Shown here piece by piece: positions 24,994-32,040 of a stretch of 64,000 bases of DNA. Numbering within the stretch: position 1 is the first letter of the stretch; the number at the start of each line of letters is the position of its first letter. The position numbers were made by a program, and so were the translations under genes. The stretch is taken from sequence record KT454805, one strand, 5' to 3'. The stretch comes from Escherichia phage phiSUSP1. The notes under the pieces are model-generated. The model was given only the letters and a program-made list of their open reading frames with translations, was not told the DNA's origin and did not search any database.

Positions 24994-25259
24994 TTGAAAA
25001 ACCCCTTAATGATAAACCAGTTGATGACGTTCTTAATAACTTTAACTGGATGGTAAATAATATGTGGATGTGGCTCATAACTTCCATAAGCCCAAAAAGA
25101 AACAACCTTCATACAACCACGGCAACGAGTGTACTCTGCTGCTACATGACCAGATACAATATCACTTACCTCACCTTGGAAGTCTGTACCACCACAATGA
25201 GGACAACGTATTGGTTCGCCACTCTGCATGTAACAGTGTTCAACTTTAAAGATTTTCAT
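24990..25259 (-). CDS. small zinc-ribbon protein (89 aa)
   Basis: CPHCGG ... CRGC cysteine pairs. Confidence 0.4.
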   Translation of the reverse strand: MKIFKVEHCYMQSGEPIRCPHCGGTDFQGEVSDIVSGHVAAEYTRCRGCMKVVSFWAYGSYEPHPHIIYHPVKVIKNVINWFIIKGFFK

Positions 25260-25774
25260 TTCTTATTCACCTTATATTCTTGTTCCAGTTTTACAATGAA
25301 ATCAAGGTCATCACCACACGATGAAAGGAAGTCTTCAAAGTGTTTTGGGATGAAATCTAAGAAGTTCATCGTTGCAAGATTGCCAGCAAGAGTTATGTAG
25401 CTGTTATTCTGACATTCAGCAGTGATTACATACTCACCAGCTTCTGGCCTTACCAAATCCACAATATCATCTAAAAAGATGTTAAGTAAAGCTTTGAAGC
25501 TACGTGGATACTGCATACCTTCATACAACTCAATGCTTGGAACCAGCTTCACAGAGATTGATTTAGAATCTCGAAACTCAGTAGTGAAGAGGTGAGTTGG
25601 TAAAAGGCAAAGTGCATCACCAGTATCTTCATCAAGAAACTCAATCGTTCCAGCTTCGTAGTTTGTCTCAATCAGGATTGTGCCCTCTTGGAGCCTACGA
25701 TTTTTCAGGTGTTCTTTGATAACACCCTTAAGCAGAATTGCTTCTGGTTCTGTTAAGCTGTTTCCAATCTTCAT
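25256..25774 (-). CDS. hypothetical protein (172 aa)
   Basis: ORF track; overlapping start/stop with neighbours. Confidence 0.4.
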   Translation of the reverse strand: MKIGNSLTEPEAILLKGVIKEHLKNRRLQEGTILIETNYEAGTIEFLDEDTGDALCLLPTHLFTTEFRDSKSISVKLVPSIELYEGMQYPRSFKALLNIFLDDIVDLVRPEAGEYVITAECQNNSYITLAGNLATMNFLDFIPKHFEDFLSSCGDDLDFIVKLEQEYKVNKK

Positions 25775-25775
25775 A

Positions 25776-26276
25776 TTAAACCTCTACAAAAGTTTGTTTG
25801 TCATTATCGTATGCGAAGAATTGTATAACCTTTTGAGTGTTCCAGTCAATCTTTTCATCATAAGAAAGACCTTTATCAACACGCTTTGCAACAGTCTGAT
25901 AGATTATCTCACGTAACTTCTCAAACTCTGTTCCACTACTGAACGGTTGCATAGTGACTTTCTTGTAACCCTCAACAGCTTTCTTGTTCCACTCTTGAGC
26001 AGTTGGAGAGGTTACTTTGTACAGCCGTGGGAACAGTTCATAACCCATCTTATTTTCTTCGTTAGCCATACGAAGTTGATGGAAGTACTCATTTACTCGA
26101 CCATCTTCTTCAAGCCATTTGTAAATCGTCTGCAAACGACCTAAATCGTTATTGTAATGTGCAGCACGTTTCACAGCACCTTTCTCAGTACGATACGGAG
26201 ACTTAGGAAGACTTAGCATACGTCCTGTCATCAGGTTGTATCCGAAGAACAAATCAATTTTTACGGGAAGAGACAT
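25776..26276 (-). CDS. hypothetical protein (166 aa)
   Basis: ORF track. Confidence 0.4.
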   Translation of the reverse strand: MSLPVKIDLFFGYNLMTGRMLSLPKSPYRTEKGAVKRAAHYNNDLGRLQTIYKWLEEDGRVNEYFHQLRMANEENKMGYELFPRLYKVTSPTAQEWNKKAVEGYKKVTMQPFSSGTEFEKLREIIYQTVAKRVDKGLSYDEKIDWNTQKVIQFFAYDNDKQTFVEV

Positions 26277-26620
26277 TTGATATCCTCATTTTTGAATACG
26301 AAAGTGGTATACTTAGTACCATCAACATCAAGCCAAGCACACATTACATCGACACCTTCAAGGTTGCTGTGAAGGTCACGAATAAAATGGTCTCGTACTT
26401 CTTTTGCACAGGTTGTCTCCAGTTTAATATTGGAGATTGCTGAACCAACAGCCATATAACCTTTTACACGATTCTTCTCAGAATGCTTAATCATTCCTTC
26501 CTGAACATAATCAGTTAGGTCATCAAGAATGTATTTCCCATACTGCTTCTCAGTTTCAGTAGGTTTCCCGTAGAAGCCAATTGCAAAGTTACCTTTGAAG
26601 ATTGCATTTTCACGTTTCAT
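26261..26620 (-). CDS. hypothetical protein (119 aa)
   Basis: ORF track. Confidence 0.4.
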   Translation of the reverse strand: MKRENAIFKGNFAIGFYGKPTETEKQYGKYILDDLTDYVQEGMIKHSEKNRVKGYMAVGSAISNIKLETTCAKEVRDHFIRDLHSNLEGVDVMCAWLDVDGTKYTTFVFKNEDIKCLFP

Positions 26621-26621
26621 A

Positions 26622-26951
26622 TTAATCTGACAGCCTTAAGTTAAAGTTAACACCAAGTTTTTCACAAGCTTTCAACATGTATTCAAGGGTAATCTTTCCA
26701 GTACCGTTGACAATGTTGGAAACACGACTTTGAGAGATATCACAAATCTTTGCGACTTGTGCCTGAGAAAGTTTTCTTTTCTCAATTTCTTTTTCAAAAC
26801 GGAATGCAACGAACTCTCTCATTTCGTCTACATCCATTGGACAGATATAACTTGCCATCTCATACTCTCTATCAGCTTCCCACTTATCTTGTGGAGCATA
26901 AGGGTCAAAGACTTCATTCATCTTTCTTCCTCCGTTTTCTGGAAGTGTCAA
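26622..26951 (-). CDS. HTH (XRE-like) DNA-binding protein
   Basis: helix-turn-helix-like segment LSQAQVAKICDISQSRVSNIVNG. Confidence 0.5.
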   Translation of the reverse strand: MTLPENGGRKMNEVFDPYAPQDKWEADREYEMASYICPMDVDEMREFVAFRFEKEIEKRKLSQAQVAKICDISQSRVSNIVNGTGKITLEYMLKACEKLGVNFNLRLSD

Positions 26952-27117
26952 TCAATGAATCTATGTTTGTTGCTCTGACGTTTTCACGAGTACCATTGAT
27001 ATGGTCATCCAGTGCTTTATCTACCTCAGAGTCATCTGCACAGTAAACTCGGAAGATAGCATAACCTTCATCGTCAAGCACTTCTCCATAGTTCTTCCTG
27101 CAATGATTCTTCTTCAT
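26914..27117 (-). CDS. small hypothetical protein (67 aa)
   Basis: ORF track; overlaps neighbour by about 38 nt, so the start is uncertain. Confidence 0.3.
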   Translation of the reverse strand: MKKNHCRKNYGEVLDDEGYAIFRVYCADDSEVDKALDDHINGTRENVRATNIDSLIDTSRKRRKKDE

Positions 27118-27118
27118 A

Positions 27119-27499
27119 TCATAGACCTACGCAGGTACGCTTTTCAACAAAATAGTGAACACCTTTGAAAGTTTCATCCATCATTTCACTTTCAGTATCA
27201 CTGACCTTCTCAATGCTCTTGGAATCAAGCAAGTCAACATCCTGAGTGACCATAGCATCAGAAACAGCTTCGTAGTAGTCTGCCATCACACGATATTTGT
27301 AATCAGTAATACGGTCAGACATTTCTATGACAGTTGGAGAAGATAACGGCTTAGTTAACTCCCCAGCATCTGTTACGACTTTACGAACAATCTGACAAGC
27401 CTCCATAGAGACCTTGCTAAAGTCTGCTTCAGGCATCTTCATAGCTGATGCACCAAAACTCAGAGTTGCCAGAATGACACCTACCATAAGCTTTTTCAT
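27119..27499 (-). CDS. secreted/periplasmic protein with cleavable signal peptide (126 aa)
   Basis: N-terminus MKKLMVGVILATLSFGASA with AxA cleavage site; two Cys; GAGGTGA RBS; first gene after the repeat-rich promoter region. Confidence 0.5.
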   Translation of the reverse strand: MKKLMVGVILATLSFGASAMKMPEADFSKVSMEACQIVRKVVTDAGELTKPLSSPTVIEMSDRITDYKYRVMADYYEAVSDAMVTQDVDLLDSKSIEKVSDTESEMMDETFKGVHYFVEKRTCVGL

Positions 27500-27543
27500 A
27501 ACTCACCTCATATAAAATTTTGTATACATTCAAGTATAAAAAT

Positions 27544-27582
27544 AAGCTATAACACCTGACTTGTCAACAGATTTTATAGCTT
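27544..27582 (-). promoter_or_regulatory. minus-strand promoter region with -35 TTGACA flanked by a 9-bp inverted repeat
   Basis: TTGACA on minus strand at 27563..27568; AAGCTATAA (27544..27552) and TTATAGCTT (27574..27582) are perfect reverse complements; -10 is not clean. Confidence 0.35.
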
Positions 27583-27602
27583 ATTTGGCAGATTTTTTAT
27601 AA

Positions 27603-27753
27603 GGCTACTGCCATCCTTCCATACCTCACCACACAAGACCAGACCATGCCGTACTCCACTTCACAGGACCAAGCATCACTTAAAAACCCTCTTAGAAGAC
27701 TCTTAAGTGGTGTAAGTCTCATTTTAATGTAGCTGAGACTAACTACCCATACC
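27603..27753. repeat. regulatory repeat module copy 1: CA-rich tract + 36-bp element A + 42-bp hairpin element B
   Basis: element A 27674..27709 is identical to 29230..29265; element B 27712..27753 repeats at 27855..27896 with 1 mismatch; plus strand almost lacks G across the CA-rich tract. Confidence 0.75.
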
Positions 27754-27816
27754 GAACCTTACTAAACCACACTTTACCTGACTGAACCCTACCAAACATC
27801 ACCATGCCAGACCAAA

Positions 27817-28003
27817 CCTTATTAAAAGACCCTCTTCAAAGACCTTTTAAAAAGGTGAGTCTCATTTTAATGTAGCTGAGACTAACTACCCATACCAAAC
27901 CAGACCGCACCAGACAAAACCACGCCAAACCGCACCTTACCCAACCTTAACACACCAGACCCAACCTTATTAAAAGACCCTGTTTAAAGACCTTTTAAAA
28001 AGG
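27817..28003. repeat. tandem duplication of about 148 bp (element C, CA-rich tract, element B)
   Basis: 39-bp element C at 27817..27855 and 27965..28003 (2 mismatches); B copy 2 at 27855..27896. Confidence 0.7.
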
Positions 28004-28022
28004 AGCCTCCGAAGAGGCTACC
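27993..28022 (-). terminator. intrinsic terminator for minus-strand gene 28031..28471
   Basis: on minus strand, hairpin AGCCTC-ttcg-GAGGCT followed by TTTTT. Confidence 0.6.
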
Positions 28023-28030
28023 TAGTCAAC

Positions 28031-28471
28031 TTAGAAAGGCTTTCTACGTTGCTTGTTAATGTTAGCTTTCATAGCAGCTAAATGGTTTTGCTGTTCAATC
28101 AGTCGTGAACGTTCTTGATGACTAAGTGCCATAGTGTTCACATTCTCAATTGCTTGGGTGGCTTGCTTTAAAGCTCGACCAATCTTACCAGACATTTTAC
28201 GTTTTGCAATAGTTGCTTGATGTTTTGGTTCAACTACACGATAACCCACACCCATTGAAGCAACCAGATAAATCTTTTCTTCTTTAAGAAGCTTTTCGAT
28301 AAACTTCTCAAGTCGGTTTAATCGTGTCAGAGAATAAGCCTTCATCTCATCTTCGTACTTAACAATATCACCCTGATAAGTTGGCTTCACAATACCTAAG
28401 AAGGTATCCATTTCAGAGTGTGATACAGTATCACCGTAACTAAACTTTGCTGCTAATGCTTTTGTATTCAT
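28031..28471 (-). CDS. hypothetical protein (146 aa), cassette gene 2
   Basis: ORF track; basic C-terminus; no recognisable motif. Confidence 0.45.
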   Translation of the reverse strand: MNTKALAAKFSYGDTVSHSEMDTFLGIVKPTYQGDIVKYEDEMKAYSLTRLNRLEKFIEKLLKEEKIYLVASMGVGYRVVEPKHQATIAKRKMSGKIGRALKQATQAIENVNTMALSHQERSRLIEQQNHLAAMKANINKQRRKPF

Positions 28472-28473
28472 AA

Positions 28474-29079
<606 letters not shown>

Positions 29080-29149
29080 TTAGTTGATTGTTAAGTTGTT
29101 TGTAAAGAACCCTCAACAGAAGACTCTTTAGAAACTTGGTAGATTTTTA

Positions 29150-29310
29150 ACGTGGCTACTACCATCCACCCACACCAGACCAAACCTAGCCTTACCCCAC
29201 CGCACCTTACCGAACCACACCTTACCATACATCACTTAAAAACCCTCTTAGAAGACTCTTAAGTGATGCTGGTGAGTACCCGTTGGTTTATGCTGCTCAG
29301 TATACTCACC
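29150..29310. repeat. regulatory repeat module copy 2: CA-rich tract + element A + B-like hairpin
   Basis: element A 29230..29265 is a perfect 36-bp copy; 8-bp stem hairpin GGTGAGTA...TACTCACC at 29271..29310; CA-rich tract 29150..29229 shares blocks with 27603..27673. Confidence 0.7.
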
Positions 29311-29322
29311 AAATTTTCTATG

Positions 29323-29511
29323 TCAACAACTTTCTAATAAAGTTTTATAAAGATTTTGCTTAACGACTCGCCTCACATGCCTATGCTCTTTCTTAATAAA
29401 GAGTGACCTCTTCTTGATAGAGCGCCTATTCTTGTAAGTGTTGCTAGGGTACTTATCGTGACCCGGACAACAACTGCCAGGATTTGTAAACTTGATAATC
29501 TCTCTTTTCAC
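29323..29511 (-). CDS. small basic ORF (62 aa), doubtful
   Basis: GTG start overlapping ligase stop by 1 nt; lysine/arginine-rich; may be non-coding leader. Confidence 0.2.
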   Translation of the reverse strand: MKREIIKFTNPGSCCPGHDKYPSNTYKNRRSIKKRSLFIKKEHRHVRRVVKQNLYKTLLESC

Positions 29512-30611
29512 TATTCATAATCCCTAATAACGAGACCAACAGGGAACTGTAAAGACCCCTTACGAGTCATCTTCTGGAACTGAACTGTCAAAGGTTTCCC
29601 GATAAACTCTTCAGGATGTTCAGCAAGATACTGTTTCTTCTCGTGTGTAGTCTTCCATGAAACATCTACAAAGACGTTAGGAAGAGTCTCTACAACGAAC
29701 TTACCATGACCACGCTTATCGGTCTTCACACCAGTAATTTTAAACTCTTCAGTGTGCATCTTCTTGTGCTTAATCAAGAAGTATGAACGGTGACCACACT
29801 CGTAGAAAGATTCTTCAGAGATTGAACGGTACATTGCACCTTCAAACTTAGCTTCAACCCACTTATCATGAGCTTCATCAAACTCTTCCCAAGAATTTAC
29901 ATGGATAGTCTGTACAGGAACAACTCTACAGGTATCCCCAAGCTGAACGAGAGGTGAACTGTCAATAACTTCACGACGCTCAGGCCAAGATTTTGAATTG
30001 TCACAGATATCATACCAGTAGAATTTAAGAAGGTGACGGTCTGGATTGTCAGCATTCTTAATCATAGAGACAATATCTTCTAAGTCCCAACCATGAGCAT
30101 AAATCTCACCATCAAAGTCTTCAACTTGTGGATGTAATTTAAGCAACAAAAGCAAATCTGGGATTAGTTCTGTTGGAACGTTGTAAACAGTATTCTCACG
30201 AGAATAAGCCGTGAAACTAACTGAATCAGCATTCTTTGAAATCCTACAACGGACACCATCAAGTTTTGGTTGAGCATCAGCAGGGAACTTCAGATACTTT
30301 GCATGGCTAACCTTTGCAGCATCATGAGCAAGCTGTACACCAACCTTCTCAACACACTCTGCTTCAGATTTTGTGTAAGCGTAACCTTTACGGTCAACCT
30401 GTTTCTTGTACTTAGCAGCAACTTCAAAGAGAGCTTGCTGTTCAGCATTACGCTCATTCTTTTTACCGATGTTTTTCGGTTCTGCTGTGTACTCTTCAAA
30501 CATCATCTTGCCATTTTCTTTACCGTAAGTTGTGACAACTTTATCACCTACGGCAACACATGACCAGACGTTGAAAGAACCATCTTTATTTTGTTTGTAC
30601 AGGATTGTCAT
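29511..30611 (-). CDS. ATP-dependent DNA ligase
   Basis: adenylation motif KLDGVRC; 366 aa, similar in size to T7 ligase. Confidence 0.8.
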   Translation of the reverse strand: MTILYKQNKDGSFNVWSCVAVGDKVVTTYGKENGKMMFEEYTAEPKNIGKKNERNAEQQALFEVAAKYKKQVDRKGYAYTKSEAECVEKVGVQLAHDAAKVSHAKYLKFPADAQPKLDGVRCRISKNADSVSFTAYSRENTVYNVPTELIPDLLLLLKLHPQVEDFDGEIYAHGWDLEDIVSMIKNADNPDRHLLKFYWYDICDNSKSWPERREVIDSSPLVQLGDTCRVVPVQTIHVNSWEEFDEAHDKWVEAKFEGAMYRSISEESFYECGHRSYFLIKHKKMHTEEFKITGVKTDKRGHGKFVVETLPNVFVDVSWKTTHEKKQYLAEHPEEFIGKPLTVQFQKMTRKGSLQFPVGLVIRDYE

Positions 30612-30796
30612 TACATCTCCTTGCTCTTATCTAAGAATCTTGCACCGCAGCTATTACATTCATATAAACCTAATTTTGTGTTGTCAGGTTTATGAAAGCA
30701 ATTACACCCACATTTGCAAGAGAACTCACCACCAGCTACTGTGATTATGAACGTCTCAATGTTTCCGTCTTCAGTTCTTACAGGTTCTGTTTTCAT
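30611..30796 (-). CDS. small Cys-rich zinc-binding protein (61 aa)
   Basis: CKCGCNC ... CNSC. Confidence 0.35.
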   Translation of the reverse strand: MKTEPVRTEDGNIETFIITVAGGEFSCKCGCNCFHKPDNTKLGLYECNSCGARFLDKSKEM

Positions 30797-30999
30797 TTTC
30801 TCTTACCACCAATTTCTACATCAATAACCTGAACATCACCAGCAACATCAAACTTGTGAATGACATTTTCTACAGTGTAAGTCCAACCTTCAATATGAAC
30901 CCATTCACCTTCTCGTGGTACGATTGGATTACGTTGAGCCACCGTTGTAGTAGAATGAACAACATCATAACGGTAGATATAGTTTACTAAAACTTGCAT
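30793..30999 (-). CDS. hypothetical protein (68 aa)
   Basis: ORF track; overlapping start/stop. Confidence 0.35.
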   Translation of the reverse strand: MQVLVNYIYRYDVVHSTTTVAQRNPIVPREGEWVHIEGWTYTVENVIHKFDVAGDVQVIDVEIGGKRK

Positions 31000-31007
31000 A
31001 ATTTTCC

Positions 31008-31235
31008 TTAAAAGAATAAGTCAGAGGCTTTTGGAGAATCTTGCACAAGACCCCACTCAGATTTCTGCCAATCAAGGCCACGATACCATGAAGCCATCGG
31101 GTAACCCATTTCACAGACAATCTTTCCATCTTTCATTTCAAAGAACTCATCAGATGTGAAGTTCTCATTACGTACTTTCTTACCTTGCTTCATTGCTTCA
31201 ACAGCTTCTTCAAAAGTCATTTTTGGTTTCTCCAA
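31008..31235 (-). CDS. DUF2829-like small protein (possible Tad2-like Thoeris signal sponge)
   Basis: N-terminal motif MTFEEAVEAMKQGKKVR and C-terminal W-rich region recalled as DUF2829 family hallmarks; 70-75 aa. Confidence 0.4.
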   Translation of the reverse strand: MEKPKMTFEEAVEAMKQGKKVRNENFTSDEFFEMKDGKIVCEMGYPMASWYRGLDWQKSEWGLVQDSPKASDLFF

Positions 31236-31238
31236 TAC

Positions 31239-31451
31239 TTAAAAGTTAATGTCGATGCGTTCACCCTTAAGGACTCCAGTGCGGTCTCTTGCAATCTTAC
31301 CGTCAACAATAAGGATATGTGCAGCCCTTAAAGAGTCACGATTAAAACCTTTTACGAACTTACTAGGCATCACTACAATGAGCATCTCCTGAATCAACTC
31401 TGGAGTGTAGCAGTTGTCGTGAAGTTGTTGGATAACGTCTGAAAGTGTCAT
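31239..31451 (-). CDS. hypothetical protein (70 aa)
   Basis: ORF track. Confidence 0.35.
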   Translation of the reverse strand: MTLSDVIQQLHDNCYTPELIQEMLIVVMPSKFVKGFNRDSLRAAHILIVDGKIARDRTGVLKGERIDINF

Positions 31452-31502
31452 AAACCCTCCTATACAAGATACAGTATAAGGTACTCTTCCATGAGCACCT
31501 TG

Positions 31503-32030
31503 TCAACTTAGTTTTGCAAACTCTCCGTGAAGTTTCATAGAAGCTTCACAGTAAGCTTTATGGGCTTCTTCAGGGGTGTCATAGTAGCCTAATGACATCT
31601 TTTTACCTTTATAGCTTATTTGCGCAACCCACCTACCAGACTTCTTCTTCAGGCTTACACCCTTATAGCCTGATTTATTGGTGGATAGTTTGCTTTTATT
31701 CCAAGCACTTTGGCAGTCGTCTGCTTCTCTTAAGTTTACAATCCTGTTATCAAGGGAGTCCCCATTACTATGGTCAATAACACCTTTAGGTAACCTACCA
31801 TACACGTACAGCCATGCGAGTCTGTGCGCTTTATGTGCTTTCTTGTCAAAATAGATAGTAATCTGCTTATGACCAGTTGAGTCAATCTGGAGGCTTCCCG
31901 CTACCTGTCCTGCGTACTGGCTATTAAAAACTTTAACAGCCTTTGAGTCGCCCTCTCTACGAAGCCAAGTAAAGACCCCTATTTCGGGGTCATAGTGTAG
32001 TAGTTCCTTTAAACGTTCTTGTGTAATCAT
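31503..32030 (-). CDS. HNH homing endonuclease with AP2 DNA-binding domain
   Basis: HNH region IDHSNGDSLDNRIVNLREA; AP2-like GYKGVS...GRWVAQISYKGKKMSLGYYDTPEEAHKAY; paralogous to ORF 54234..54725. Confidence 0.8.
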   Translation of the reverse strand: MITQERLKELLHYDPEIGVFTWLRREGDSKAVKVFNSQYAGQVAGSLQIDSTGHKQITIYFDKKAHKAHRLAWLYVYGRLPKGVIDHSNGDSLDNRIVNLREADDCQSAWNKSKLSTNKSGYKGVSLKKKSGRWVAQISYKGKKMSLGYYDTPEEAHKAYCEASMKLHGEFAKLS

Positions 32031-32040
32031 TTTGTCACCA

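Noticed and set aside
27603-28025. Possible CRISPR array in the repeat-rich intergenic region
   Set aside because: Only two copies of each repeat, repeat lengths differ (36, 39, 42 bp), spacers are related CA-rich tracts rather than unique sequences, and no cas genes are nearby.
29266-29322. Hairpin GGTGAGTA...TACTCACC as an intrinsic terminator for the ligase operon
   Set aside because: On the minus strand the hairpin is not followed by a U-run, so it was treated as part of the repeat module (B-like element) rather than called as a terminator.
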